64,000 nt of DNA from the NCBI GenBank assembly GCA_051362555.1, contig CM120647.1, forward strand, positions 434,001-498,000, written 5' to 3'. This document shows, in pieces, positions 23,784 through 38,291 of the stretch. Within the stretch, counting starts at the first letter, position 1; each line of letters starts with the position of its first letter. The translations under genes were made by a program, and so were the position numbers. The notes under the pieces are model-generated. The model saw nothing but the letters and a program-made list of their open reading frames with translations. It made no database searches and was not told where the DNA came from. This stretch comes from Lingula anatina (Eukaryota; Animalia; Brachiopoda).

Positions 23784-26700
23784 TTACGTGCTCTCAAAGA
23801 AAGTTCTGAAGTCCTCTAAGCTTATCTTGCCCTCGGCATCTCTTGTACACTGTGCCACCAACTGGAAAGATTGAAACAAAACTATTAAGAATGGAAATGT
23901 AAAAACTACATTTATTTTATTGGGGGGGGGGGGGGGGGGGGGGGAATAATAATTTATTTATGTTACAAAGATATAAAACTTAAAAAAAAAAAGAAAAAGG
24001 CAAGATAGCTCTGCTACAGTAAATGATAAATATTTGACTCCTGGATGAAATGCAAATTTAAATTCTTGGAGTAATATCAAAGATGGAGTAAAAGGTTTGC
24101 CATTTTTTTTCTTGAGATCATTCTCCATTTCCCATCATGTCACAATTAACTTGACATCACAGTCAACAATGACATCACAGTCAACACTATGACATCACAA
24201 TTAACTTCTGACATCACAGTCAGCACTATGACATAATAATGAGACTTACCGCATCCATGACATCATCATCCAGTGGCAGCTGTATCTGCTTGCAGATGTA
24301 CTTCAGCTTGTCTTTGTCAATGTAGCCAGACCTGTCTGTGTCATACTTCAGGAACAGGTCGTCTATCCTCTGACGGCCTGTGATGGCGATCTTCTTCAGC
24401 TGAGCTTTCACTTCACGTACCAGATTCTCCAAGTCTCCGGGACTGTAACAACAGATACACACACTTTTTGTAAACATTTACCTGGCACTTTGTTATGGTT
24501 TTGAAACTTTTGTTTTTCATAAATTTGAACCATGCGAGAAATAGTTCTGTGAATACAACTTGTCTTTTAGTTGTCTTATTTATGATGGTAATAAATGACA
24601 CCCCAGCAAACCTCTCCCCATTGTTTCTCTTGATATATCTACTACATCACTCAAGCTAACAGAGAAGTCCTGTATACCACAGAATGAAGTCTAACCTATC
24701 AGATAAAGTAAATGGACTACTTACGCCCTCTTCACCCTCATGTCTCCTCCCTTGACTGTCTCCTGGGCACTGGCTCCCTTCCCCAGGGTTGCCCTCAGGG
24801 AGTTGATGGTCGTCTCTGGAAGTAAATGGACAAAAATGAATACAAAATGCCTGCACAAGTCCTGATATGTAATATGTACTTCAGTGACAAGTTATCTTTG
24901 TGCAATTACCAAAATGAAATTGAGAAAATTGATTTAATAGAAGCATTCAGAGGCATAACAATTTTTTTCTCACTCCCATTTTTATGGAGAATTTCAGAAT
25001 GGGGGCACCCCCCTTATGTGTTTTTTTTTTTTTTTTTTCTTTCTTTTTTTTTTTTTTTTTGCTTTTTCAAAACAAGTGAGCACAAAAATAAAAAACAGTA
25101 TTGTGATTTTTACAGTTAAGCATGAGCTGCTGACTTACCAGGAAACTGACTGGAGTGTTCTTCCATATACTTCAGCACGTACTCGTCAGCGTTCGTGATC
25201 ACAAAGCGGTGTTTAAACACCTCGATGGTGGACCCAAGGCAAAGGTCAGCAGGACCATAATACACAGGACGGTCAGGGGTACTGTTGGGTTTGGCAACTC
25301 GTGTACGTTCCAGGAATTTTCCTCCAATAATCCCAGAATTCCTCACTGGGGGTTCGTAGATGGTCATCATGTCATCTGCTAGGCGGTAGGAAAGAATGAA
25401 CCGCCGTCCCTTGTCTTCTGGCTTCACAGAGTCCTAAATTGTAGAAAACAAGGTATGATTATGTCTTCAGTTCAGTGTGGAGGTTTTTATAATGTCTTAA
25501 CTTCTGAGATTGGTTTCTGTTAAAAAGATACATGGTACTCAGGCATTTAAAAGAATTTTATTTCTTTTTCTTTTTCAAAATCCTTATTACACAGAAGTTT
25601 CATTCAATTTTGCCAGTCTTCATAAAAGAAAACAAAAATATTCTCATTGTGGAGACCAGCAAGAAATGCCTTTGAAGTGGTCTTTGAATATTCCTCACCA
25701 GTATTGCCTCAAATCTGAGCACTTTGTGGTCATTCTCCAACATTTTGATGAAATCTTTCTTGGGCGGCTGTGGAATGAGAGACAGACAAGATTGCAGGGA
25801 GTCTTCCAGGGAACCAAACTGGTTGTATGGTGGGATTTCCTGGAATGAGATAGACATGTATGTTAGTAATTATACAAGAGCTTCTACTTTTTCCACAACA
25901 GCATGCCATTCAATTGAACAAGTGTCACATCAACAAGACCAATTCAAAAATCTCACACAACCCATTTGGTAAAGATTACAATTATACGACTATTAATATG
26001 ATAACATTTTGATAAAAGAAGTACGGCAAACAGAAGCTCACCATTTTGGGCACATCCTTGGCTCTTCCCTTCACATCCACCGTGGGGAAGTCAGAGATCC
26101 CAAAGTTTTGGTAGAAGAAGGCTTTGGTGAAGTTATCACAGTCGTAGATCAGGAAACGCCTGCCGTAGATGTACACTGTCTCACCGATCATGAAGTCACG
26201 GGGCGTAAAATACTCCTTGATCTCGTTATTGGTCAGCTCCATGACAACACCAGGGAAAGAGGATTCCACGTTGTAGCGATCTTTAGGGACCTTGTGGCGT
26301 CCAATCAGGACAGGGAATGGGTCGCGTCCGTCATTGGGTTCTCTTACCTCGCGTATCTCCAGGGTGTCATCCACTAGATAATACTGGACATAGAGGGAGA
26401 AAGTTTCATGTTAAAACTTTATCTGATATCCCTATTAAGACACTTATCCATATTTAATTTCAACATTTTATTTATTTCAAAAGTCCTAACTTTTCCTATA
26501 TATAATGTCTGTGTTTTATTTTCTTAAATCTTAAAATTAAAAAAAAAGTCTTTAATGTTTTATGTAGTGAGACATATCAATTGAGTACTATATCTGTTTT
26601 TAACTCACATGTAAAATGAAAGGTCTCATCTGTCCAAACATGCTGTCCCTGTCGTCCCAAGCACAGAAGAAGCGGAGAACTTTGCGATCAAGTTCCAGAA

Positions 26701-28652
26701 ACTGTTTTAGTTTGTCAAAGGATGAGGGTGTTTCATAGGTTCGTAGTTCAGCGCGTACTCTGCGCTCCTCTGTGTAAGGATCCAGCGGCAGCTGCTCAGG
26801 TTCATTCACCACTATACCTTCACTGTCTAAGAAGTCCTGTTGAACATGAGAAATTAGAAAAACAATTAAAGTATGTCTAAAAGTACAAAAATCAAAATGT
26901 TACATGATGTACCCATGATCATGATGTGTAGGTGATTGAGCTAAAAAAAATTTCTATTTCTTGGAAATTTCCATAAATATATTCAAAAGTCATTTTGAAA
27001 TTGAGGAGAAAAAAAGTTGTAAAAAATTATGAATAACTTTGAAATTTATTTTATATTTTAAAATATAATTTAACTCACAAAAATACCAATATTTTATTTG
27101 TTCAACTTCCCAATCTGGTATTATGCATTTCAAATCACATAACCCAAGCTGAGAGAAGCAGAGTGAAGATGACAACATACCCTTGTCCATTGATCACAGT
27201 CTGTGATGTGGAAAACTTTGCCGTAGAAAGTGATATTCTGGCCAAGGTTGATATCTTTCCAGTGCCAGTTGTCCCCCTGGTCATTCTTTGGCAGCCGCTG
27301 GCGTTTGATCAATTTGCCTGGAAGCAAAGAAATACTTCAGTAAATTCAATATTAGTATAAACCCATATAAAAAGGAAGGAACAATGTTTCACTGGTAAAT
27401 CTAAAAATCATTTAACTTTGATAATAATTATAATGATATCTTTGTTTCTTAGTTTAACCTGATTTTCACAATCTTCCATCCAAATTATAATACATCTGCA
27501 ATTTAAATGTTTAACTAATTACAAACCTTGTGGCATTCCACTGTTCTCTACATGAGGTTCGACCACTGAGATGCTGTCATCTTCCAGGTAATAGTAGATG
27601 TTGACTGGACGCACACGGAAATATTCTCCCGGGGATTCATGGACGGTCTGCTTGAAGTAACCCCTGAACAGCAATACCTGTAGAAAGTTTTTGTGTAATA
27701 ATCAAATAATTATTGTGTTTCAAATTAGTATTTTACATCAAATATAAGTAAATATATGAGATATATTATAAGCATATCACTTGCTGTTTCTGAATAAGGT
27801 CAAGTTTTTATTTTTATTTTATTTATTTATTTATCTAATTTATTATTATTATTTTTTTTTTTTTTGGTATGGTGAATTTAATTTCGACCCATTTTATTTT
27901 CCTGCTGATAACGAACTAAAGTTTCCATAACCTTTGTCTTAATCAAAATACAATGACTCTTGTTGATAACATAGAAAGTTATGTTACCTTTTTGTCCCAA
28001 GCTACATGAGCTGGTACAAAGTCAGATGGTGGTGCTTGTTTTGCCTGGCCATAGGTCAGAGTTGGTTTGAAGTTGGCCAGCTCATCAAGTTCTTCCTCTG
28101 AGAGTTGGTTCTTAGGCAAAGGAACTCCACCAACTCCCAGCTCTGGTCGCTTTTGTAGGGCATAGCCATTTTGGTATCCAAGAGTATGGGGTAAGTGATA
28201 TCTTGACTTCTGCAAAAAGAATCATTAAAGTTTAAATAAAATACCAAACCACACTAAATATCGGTACTTTTGTAGTATACCCCCCCCCCCCCCCCACCCT
28301 GTAACTTACGTCCCGTCAAGTGATTATAATAATAATTATAGGTTTTTAATTCTATGGCAATCACATACTCAGTATATAATTATCACAGCCAGTTCAGACT
28401 CAGCATTTTTTAATTTAGTCTGAACAAATGTCATTCCACTGCCAAAAACTGAGAAGAGGACGTTGTCGCCAATATTCTGATATGGTCAATGACATCTTGG
28501 CTGAATTGTAGTGTAGTATCTCTAACATTTTTAAAATTTTTGTGCTGCCAACGTTGTAAAATATCCGAGGCGTCATTCATCACTGTAAACCAAAATCTAC
28601 TTACTGCTGGATCAGAAAAACTATTTCCAGGTAAAAATGGTAAACCTTCCAT
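23784..28652 (-). CDS. EFHC1: EF-hand domain-containing protein 1 (Rib72 family, 3 DM10 domains + EF hands); complement join(28605..28652,27988..28209,27527..27677,27181..27317,26609..26836,26042..26383,25699..25839,25139..25433,24725..24815,24250..24442,23784..23861), 641 aa
   Basis: [12 protein letters not shown] start. DM10 motifs [43 protein letters not shown] and [16 protein letters not shown] hand [13 protein letters not shown]. All 11 exons are in phase. Confidence 0.95.
24135..24235. repeat. Short imperfect tandem repeat with TGACATCACA core in the last EFHC1 intron
   Basis: TGACATCACA recurs four times at about 18-20-bp spacing. Confidence 0.8.
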
Positions 28653-28736
28653 TCTGTGTTTTGACGAAATTTCTCCTAGCTGCTTCTTAATCCAATGAGT
28701 TGATGTATATTGATTGAAAGAACGGCTGTGTGGTGG

Positions 28737-28763
28737 GTTACTATGGGTTGCTATGTAAACAAA
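28737..28763. promoter_or_regulatory. RFX X-box-like motif overlapping a forkhead (FOXJ1-type) motif upstream of EFHC1
   Basis: GTTGCTATGTAAAC at 28747-28760, GTAAACAAA at 28755-28763 and an extra half-site GTTACTATGG at 28737, about 95 bp from the EFHC1 ATG. Confidence 0.6.
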
Positions 28764-29103
28764 TGCGATCTCGCACCAAGCGAGAGTTTTGTCAAGATAG
28801 GCCAAAATTTATGCTAACTATTCATAATATATATTGCTTAATGTTAACCTCCATGCTTAAAAAAACTTTGAAAAGGTAATATTTTAATTAAACATGCATT
28901 CAATATTGTTTCTTTTCAATAAGCAGCCTTTATTTTTGAGGCTGTCCTGTTTGTCGCCCCTAGTGTGAATAATTTAATCTGGTCTCCAGCTTACGGAGAG
29001 TTGTCAATGCGGGAAGGCGGAATCTAGTCATTTGTCGCAGAGAGCGTTGCTTTTTTCCTGCACCTCGATGGAAGCATAGAGACAAGGGACAATTTGGGAG
29101 GAC

Positions 29104-29112
29104 ATGGCACTC
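29104..29112 (+). CDS. Candidate first coding micro-exon (MAL) of the gamma-syntrophin-like gene
   Basis: GACATGGCACTC|GTACGT lies in a CpG-richer region divergent from EFHC1. Phase 0 is compatible with the exon at 59823. Confidence 0.4.
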
Positions 29113-30784
29113 GTACGTACGAATTTATTTTGTTTAAGATTGACCGTGAATAGCTAAGATATCTAGCTCATTATTATGTAGTACCCGTCCAACATTCTCG
29201 GCTCATATCAGTGAGTCATTATATTATATTTGCATGAAGCCGAAAAGTGCAGTGACAGTTGGGAATTATATAATAAATGCCTCCTTAATGTTATCACGTT
29301 GTACAGCTAAGCGTGACCTTACTGCTATACCTCTTAGTAGTTATCTTCTCGGATACTAATGTAATGGGTCATTTACAGTAGCTCTGAGAGGTTGATTAAG
29401 ATAGCTTGCTCTTCCTGTTCTCTCTCGTGGTCTGCTTGACTGTTTTAAAATGCCATTAATAAAGTCATTAGTTAATTATATTCATTTTAAGATTTTTTTA
29501 TTATAAAGTGAATGTATGGAGTTAATGATATATATCTTTGTAATATTTTGATCATCAGGATATGAAAAATGAAGCAAAATTAAACAACTGTTTAAAATTT
29601 ATGATGAATCAGGAAAATTTATTATTAATGTATTTAATACAAAAGCCCCATAAGTGTTACCCTATAGTATACTGCCATCATTAATATTGTGTTGGTTTCA
29701 TCACTGATCATTTGTTCAGAGTACAGCAAACAAGTACTGTTTGTGTATTGATTAGTGATGAGTCTGAAATCAGCAGCAATCACCATTCCTTGTCCAGAAT
29801 AATGAAATATATCTTATGTGCTGTGGTCTTTATGTTAGTAATGTGATTTTATTGCCTCCTCTGTTAATAGGTAAAACTCTAAATTGGTAACATTTGAAGC
29901 CTTATTTCAGTAAAAAGACATTGTTGTCTCTGGCCACTCCAGTGTGTAGCTGCTGTAAGGTAATGATGCATGAAGTCATTTGATTATAGTCATATCCTGC
30001 CAGAAATCAATGCTCAGTGTTATGAGACACAGCATCCACTCACAGTTCTGTAGACATGCTACGTACAGTATTTAAACAGCAAATTGAAAAAAAAAAGATT
30101 TATTACATTTCTCAGAACATTGGTATGCTATACCTGAACAGAGAACTTGTAAGTTAAGAAGTTCAGTCAGATAGTGGATTTTTGAGAGAATGGGAGGTCA
30201 GCAAATGTGGGCGTGGTCCAGAGAAGATTGATATATTGCAACAATTCAAACAGATGTTGTAAATAAGAACAAATGACAACACAGAAACAATACGTATCCA
30301 AAGAGGAATTAGTTTAAAAATGGAGCCATTTTGCATCAAGAAGATAGGAAAATTTACAGAACCTAATGAGTATATAATTGCTTATTGTCATTGGTACATG
30401 TCAAGTGCAGTTCTAAAGATCTTTTAAATGTATAGAACACACAGTTATTTTCACTGTCAACTATTTGAATTTTTCTTGATCAGTTAAAACCTGCCCCCCC
30501 CCCCCCCAAACTGGAGAGCAAGATACTAGTAGAAGGCTATCAAACATAGAGTGGTCATATTGCTCACAGGAGACCGGTGCTTTTATTAGGCGGCTGCCAA
30601 TTTTGCTGTAATGTCCTTTTACAGTAGTCATCTTAGTATCTTAAGTAAAGAGTTGAGCCATAGTTTTGTATTCTAATATCATACTTGGATAAATGATCTG
30701 TAGTGTGTAATCTAATTGAAGGTATGGTAGCAGTGATAATGGCCTGTTACAGGAATGTGTGATGATGCATCTACTGGACAAAGT

Positions 30785-31050
30785 CAGTGGCAAGTTTTAA
30801 GGGGGGATGCCAGAGGGATCCTGATGCACTGCCTTTGATTTCTGAAAAAAATCACACCAATGGTCCCTGCTTGAAATTATATTTTTTACTAGCTGAATTA
30901 TAGTTATAAACCATACTAAATGGCACCGTTTGCCCTCTTAAACCAAAAATTTTCGGGACCCTAAAACCCATGTAAAGGGGGGAGGGCGGTTTCACATCCC
31001 TACCCCCCCCCCCCCCACCCCCCTTTCAAATAATCCTGGATCCGCTCCTG
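30785..31050. mobile_element. Second copy of the 8877-9129 MITE family
   Basis: Shares CCTTTGATTTCTGAA, TTGAAATTATA.TTTT.ACTAGCTGAAT and TTCAAATAATCCTGGATCC.C.CCTG. Confidence 0.75.
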
Positions 31051-32360
31051 AATGTTGCCTGGTTTCTGACTGGCTCGTGTTGAGTATTTCCTCTGCTCTG
31101 TTGCTGATGATGTGGAAATATGATTCAGTTAGTTTCTGTTAGAACACTGTGTAGAACAACTGGTCCGTCTCCAGCTGATAGCATTGATTGCACACTGGCT
31201 GCTGTGAGGTGTGTGGGCAGCATAGCTTTTGACTACAGATTATTCTGCCTGAATCAGTATCTGTTCAAAGGTCAAATTAGGTTATTGATTCAGGAACTTC
31301 ATTTTAAGAGGGTTTTAAGTGGCCTCGATCAATGACTGGTGTTTTTTCTTCTTCATGTGCTCTTATTAGAGTCAATATAAAAGTAATGGAGATCCTTGCT
31401 CAGTTTCCCTATCATAAACCTCACAATCAAAATGGAATTGATTGATATCTCATCATACAAAATGGTTTTGTGCTATTAGTTAATTGTCTTGTACAGTGTA
31501 TTTCCTCTCAACTCTCAGCATGTGGTTCACCTTGAGACGCGCTGGGCCCCAGCTGCTCTGAATTCTCCTGGATTACAAGATATCACACACTGACCTGAGT
31601 GGAATAAAGAATGACCAGCACTGCCTAAGGCAAATTAAATTACAAGTAACTATAATTTGTCATCAAATCAGTATTATTCAGCATTGGGACATATGTTCAC
31701 TCACCAGATCATGTATGTCAAACAATGATAAAAAGCTGACTAGGAATGATATCCTGAAACATAAACACTGCCTTTCTGATCAAATAACAATATATTTCAT
31801 TGAATTAGACTACAGGACTGATGTTAATTAAAGTGCGCACTAGGTGGCTAGTTTATTATTATTTTAAAAAAATAAAGAGGGCCATGTTTAAGACACGTTT
31901 GTGCACTTAGTGTGTTTTACCCTATTTTAATAAATTATTATTATTATTATTATAAAGTAGTTCAGTTTTTGGTAAAAAAATTGAGACAAATTTCCATCCT
32001 TTATTTCTTCTATAACACAGGCCCCAGTTCCCCCAAATACCTCAGCCCTGTTTTCAAGGAATTCAGGTGATAGCAGTTACAACATTTCCTGGTAACTGGT
32101 AGATATTACCAGGAATCTGGTGTCAATTACTGGGAGTCTGGTGGAAATATACTTAGATGTTGTGAATGGAACATCCCCAAGAAAACACTGAATGCAAACA
32201 CAGCTAGGCCAGCAGAGAGTGCTGAGATATTTACACTGCTCAAGGGAATTTTTTGTTCCGTTTGATCTGAAAAATCAACCTTATTTTTGTGGAAAGTAGA
32301 ATATTTATCTGATTTAACTGAATGCTGGACACTTAAATGCAGTATCAGAATCATTTTTTG

Positions 32361-32361
<1 letters not shown>

Positions 32362-32441
<80 letters not shown>
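32362..32441. repeat. (AT)n microsatellite
   Basis: Direct reading. Confidence 0.95.
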
Positions 32442-32446
<5 letters not shown>

Positions 32447-32790
32447 GTAAAAAAAGTGGATTATCTAATCTTAGGTCACATTCAGAACAGGTGGTCCTTG
32501 GATCTACTGGTCCTAGGATCAAATATGGCAGACCCTACATGAAAGTAAGACTACCTTATCCCTCAGTTGTCTCCCCAGCCCCACACGAATTATATTTTGG
32601 CTTCGAGGTGTAACTGCTAGGCCCTTGCTAGGAAGGCCCATGGATTATGCTGTTATTAAGATGGCTGAGTGCCAGTGAGCTTCTGCACTGTTTATTCTTC
32701 TCCTCTCTTGCTAATACATGTATACATGTACTAGTACACAGTAGATTCATGTGAATGCTCCTCTCTCTCTCTCTTTTGTTCCTCTCTCCC

Positions 32791-32826
<36 letters not shown>

Positions 32827-33676
32827 GCTGTAACACAAATAATAATATGAGTGCATAGGGAAGTTATTTGGTTATTTGGCATGCTGTATAAACAAGGCAG
32901 TTTGTATAGGTGCCATAGTTGATGCTAAAAGTCTGGAATAAGTTACTGTTGCCACACATATTTTGGTAGTTTCTCTACATTTATGACCCAAAAACCATAG
33001 TTCCTGATAGCAACCCAACTTTGTAAACACTCCGAGTATTTCAGATATTAGTAACACATTATTATTATATATCCAGTTTCTCACCGGGTAGATTAATTGT
33101 TTTCATCAGCAGGCTTAATGTAATTGTATTAAAACCTGTTATGGCCAGGAATGGTAATGGTTTCAGTGGTAATCTCCTGTGGCTTCAGTAATGCTTGATG
33201 ATTTTGATGATTTCACAGGAAGCTCTGTAGTCAGTATCTGGTAATATATCAGCTAGCTCAGTGGAAGCATGTTTTGTGTAGATACATGTGGCTTTTAGAC
33301 TGGGTTCCCATCCCTAGATCAATCTAACAGGATCGGTCCATCTTCATGGGGTTTCTCGCTAAACTGCTTTCTGCTTAAGTGGCTTAGATGTTTGGCACAC
33401 CATTAAAGGTGCTAAACGATAATTATTTACCCCCTATCAGCTTCAGTATGCATGACAGACATCTATGCTGCTTAATTTAGCAAGAGATAGATCGATCCAA
33501 AGTTAAAGCAATAATAACTCTTCCTTTGAGATTCAAAATTCCGCAAGAAATGCATTGCAAACAACGCATGGAAATATATTATATTGCATTTTACCACTAA
33601 AACGGCTGTTATTGTAGTAAAACTAAAATCTGTGCTTATCAATAGCTTAAGTCTCAGGCAGACAAGAATGATGATA

Positions 33677-33856
33677 GGCCGCATTCAGAACAGTGGACTA
33701 ACTAGTCTGAGGGTCAAATATGGCTGACCCACTTGAATACTTCCCCAGAGGATATCTATTCAGTGTCTATTAGTGAATTAGACGGCAAGCTTTGTAGTGG
33801 GTCGCCATATTTGTCCCTTGGACTAGTTAGCAGTCCCCTATTCTGAATGGGGTCTT
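33677..33856. mobile_element. Palindromic MITE, possibly PIF/Harbinger-like
   Basis: GGCCGCATTCAGAA...ACTAACTAGTC...CAAATATGGC is mirrored by GCCATATTTG...GACTAGTTAG...TTCTGAATGGGGTC. Confidence 0.6.
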
Positions 33857-35682
33857 TGACTGAAATCTGTGCAGAAGGTGACCAGATGATGAAGTGTTAC
33901 CTGATAAGGTCATCGTCTGTTAACAAGCCCTTGTTTGCCAGTTAACACGTGTGTTTGCACCTATATTAAACATTATAATGGCAAAGATTGGGTGGTAAGA
34001 TATATCAGACATCTGCTTGCCACATTTGTAGCCTCCAGAAAAAAATGTTAGTAGGCACAGTTTACAGTCCAACATCTTCCAAGTTTATCTTTTATGATTT
34101 AATTTTCATCTGAATGAGATATATGGCTATGCATATACATGTATGCATGCTGTCATTTTAAGTCTTAGTAGATATAGGAAACCATTTTAACTTTGCTGTA
34201 CTAAGTAAAGAAAATCAACCATTGCTTAAGAAGGATATAATATTCTCAATCCCACAGTGAAGAAAAAACTTCCACCATCATTTTGATAAACTTTTCTAAA
34301 TGTCAGCCAACATTTCCTCACCTGTGTTGACAGGTGCTTGCCTTGGTATTTCAGATGTTTACTCTGGGAAATGGTTTGTGATATTCCCAGCTAACAGTAC
34401 ATATAATTATGATCAAGACACTGAGCTCAAAGCGTGTGAGTGCAGTGTTCACTGACTGACAAACTTGTTACACTGGGGCTCCCTAGAAAATGATGTGAGA
34501 TGTCAGTGGTAGACAGAAGTCGACTTCTGGGTCTTCCAGAAGACAATCAGAAATTTTAAGTTTACATTGATGGGTATCTAATTATTTCTGCTGGAAGATG
34601 GTCAAAAATGGAGGATGGACCAACAAAGGTAGAAAATATATCTGGATCAGCCCCTGTGTATGTAACAATTTTCTCTGTACCTTACTGTGTGTAAAACTGC
34701 CTGGTACCCTATGTACTATGGCGTATTTCCATAGATTTTAGATCAATCTATCCCCATGGGGAGTCTCACTAGATTACTGTCAGATAATCCGGCTTAAATG
34801 TCCGTCCCGCCTACTACAAGCTGTAAGGGGGTAATTAACTTTCGTGCCCGCTCAGCTGACAGCTATTTAGCGTGAACACCCAGGGAGTTAGGTCGATCTA
34901 GTTTGGATTGATCTAATCTCTGGGAATGGGGTCTTAGTAGTGATGTCAGTTGGACTGTTTCTTGACTATTTTAATGAATGCAGTTGAAAAGCGTGTGATG
35001 TGTGAAGTATGCACTTTTCGGGTTTTGGATGAAGTGCCTTGAATCGGGGAATTATATCGTAGACAATATATTTCCTTGCTTAAATTTATTGTACCACCAG
35101 CGTTAGCGCTGGCGGTACACATGGTTTTAGTCCCGTCCGGTCCGTTCCGCCAGCTCCGCCGCCAAGTTACCATTACCGCTTCTCCTCCTAGACGGTAAGG
35201 GCCCCTATACCCATCTCTTGGATTTAGGTCACCTATAATCTCAACTCGTTCCACGTAAAATTTGGGCTTTGTCGATATTGGGGTCTAGGTGTGGCACTCA
35301 TTGCAATGCACCCTTGTCCAAAAATGGCAAAATTAAATGCTAATTATCTACCCTACGGAAGGAATTATTGGAAAAATTTCTACAGACGGCTTTCCAAAAG
35401 TCATATGTGTAGATTTCAAATATGCCCTTGGATTTGACCTTTGACCTTTATTTCAAGGTCAAACAGCCAAAAATTTTCAAAAAAATGAATTTTTTTACGT
35501 TATTCAGACACCACACAGACTTAACCAATAATATCATTGGAAAATGTTACCCTTCAGGTCATCTTTCATCTTTGTGAATTTGGGGTCAATCAGTGCATTT
35601 TCACGGGTGTAGCGGCCATAAGATACCGAAACTGAAAACTGTCTCTAATTCTGGAACCGTTAATGCTAGAGACCCATTTTTT

Positions 35683-38291
35683 TATGTACAGACACAGATG
35701 TGTCTGTACATATTGCCATCACCTGCGTCTGTCGTCGCCGTCGCCGATGGCGATGGCGATGCCGATGGCGATGGCGATGCCGGCGCCGTGCACTTTCCTT
35801 GTAAACACGATAAGTGGAGGGCAGTTTTACTTTTTGGCTTTATATTTACAGAGCTGATGAATATTCATAAAACGCAGGTCAAGTTCGAAAATCAGCATGA
35901 TCGGGCCATTATTGTAGAAGTTATGCTGTTTTTTCACTTTTCAGCATATTTTTCACATTTCCTCAGATTCAATTCTTAGGCATGTTAACAGTCTCATTAT
36001 TAAACTAATAAGATACGTAAAAGTGTTTGTTTGACATTTCCTGCATCTTTACAACATTGTTAGTTGATTTTGTAAAAATGATGGTAAACTTGTTATCGTG
36101 TATTGTGTAATAAAGTTTCAAAAATGGAAATAAACTCATATCATTGCAGTTTGTCAGATTCAATCATTCATTATGTTCAGAATCTCAGAATGGAAGAAAT
36201 TGGACATTTAACACTGCTCTGTTGATATTTTTCCCATCTCATCAATTTTCTTAGTTGATAATATAAAAATGGCAGTAAACTGTTAATTTTGTTTTATGTT
36301 AAAAATTGTTAAAAATGAAAAAAAAAACATTTCAGAACAGTGCTGTCTTGTTTACATTTTGGCATTTTCAAGTTGTGACTTTGAAGTTCCATGGGCCTGA
36401 AGACCTTTGCTAGTCACATTTTCTGAATATCCATGATACTAATATTTTATTCTTAAAAATTGATGGTCATCATGCTGTTAAACATTATGTAATATTGCAT
36501 CAAAATTTGAAAAAAAACCTATTTTGGGCACTGCTCCCATGATGACCATTTAAGAAAAACCATGTTCTCAAACAGTACAGTAAATATATATAGATGTGTC
36601 TGTACATATTGCCATCACCTGCGACTGTCGTTGCCGTCGCCGTCGTTGCCGTGCACTTTCCTTGTAAACACGATAAGTGGAAGGCAGTTTTACTTTTTGG
36701 CTTTATATTTACAGAGCTGATGAATATTCATAAAATGCAGGTCAAGTTCGAAAATCAGCATGATCGGGCCATTATTGTAGAAGTTATGCTGTTTTTTCAC
36801 TTTTCAGCATATATGCAACACTGTAAACACATTTCAACAAAAACCGATAGGCCTGTTGTCATGAAACTCACAGGAAAAATTGATCTTACTAAAACGCAGG
36901 TCAAGTTCGAAAATTGGCATGATCGGGCCACTATTTTAGTAGTTATGCTTTTTTTTCTTTTTTCAGCATATATGCAACACTGTAAACACAATATAAGAAA
37001 AACAGATAGGCCAATTGTCATGAAAGTCACAGGAGTGGTCAGTTTTACTAAAATGCAGGTTGAGTACGTAAATCAGCATAATCGTGCCATTATTTTAGAA
37101 GGTGTGCTGTTTTTTTACATTTCCTCAGATTCAATTCTTAGGCATGTTAACAGTCTCATTATTAAACTAATAAGATACGTAAAAGTGATTGTTTGACATT
37201 TCCTGCATCTTTACAACATTGTTAGTTGATTATGTAAAAATGATGGTAAACTTTTTATCGTGTATTGTGTAATAAAGTGTCAAAAATGGAAATAAACTCA
37301 TATCATTGCAGTTTGTCAGATTCAATCATCCACTATGTTCAGAATCTCAGAATGGAGGAAATTGGACATTTAACACTGTTATATTGATATTTTTCCAATC
37401 TCATCAATTTTCTTAGTTGATCATATAAAAATGGCAGTAAACTGTTCATTTTGTTTTATGTTAAAAATTGTTAAAAATGGAAATAAACCCATTTCAGAAC
37501 AGTGCTGTCTTGTTTACATTTTGGCATTTTCAAGTTGTGGCTTTGAAGTTCCATGGGCCTGAAGACCTTTGCTAGTCACATTTTCTGAATATCCATGATA
37601 CTAATATTTTATTCTTAAAAATTGATGGTCATTATGCTGTTAAACATTATGTAATATTGCGTCAAAATTTGAAAAAAACCTATTTTGGGCACTGCTCCCA
37701 TGATGACCATTTAAGAAAAACCATGTCACTTACTGTTCTCAAACAGTACAGTAAATATGTACAGATGTACCTTGCACTTTTATTGTAAACACGATAAGTG
37801 GAAGGCAGTTTTACTTTTGGGCTTTATATTTAAAGAGCTGATGAATATTCATAAAACCCAGGTCAAGTTCAAAAAACAGGATGATCGGGCCATTATTGTA
37901 GAAGTTATGCTTTTTTCTTTCACTTTTCAACATATATGCAACACTGTAAACACATTTCAAGGAAAACCGATAGGCCTGTTGTCGTGAAACTCTCAGGAGT
38001 AATCGATCTTACTAAAACGGAGGTCAAGTTCGAAAATCGGCATGCAGCCTGAGTTGGAAAAGCAGTCTAATTGGCTTCTTTTTCTGGAAGTTATACATTT
38101 TCAAAGTGTGAACTTGAACTCTCATGGGCCTGAAGCCTTATGCTTGTTACACATTTTACTTTCATTGGTATTTCCTGTTGAGCATAATTAAAAATTGATG
38201 TTGAATTTACAGTTTAACATAATTTACTTTTGCATCAGAATTGACAGTAGCCTATTTTGTGCATAGTTATTTCCTGCTTTTTGTCTGTACA
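35683..38291 (+). mobile_element. Repeat family B element (ATGTACAGACA...TGTCTGTACAT) inserted in a T-run of family A copy 1
   Basis: The empty site is visible in copy 2 at about 39565-39585 (CCATTCTTTTTTGCATTTTGTAG). 5' hairpin followed by a GTCGCC/GATGGC microsatellite. Internal ~0.9-1.2-kb and ~128-bp repeats. Confidence 0.75.

Noticed and set aside
26009-26377. 122-aa plus-strand ORF
   Set aside because: Antisense to EFHC1 exon 6.
36594-37196. 200-aa ORF in family B element as a possible transposase
   Set aside because: Made of translated ~128-bp tandem repeats. No DDE, Rep or helicase motifs, and the frame is broken in sister copies.
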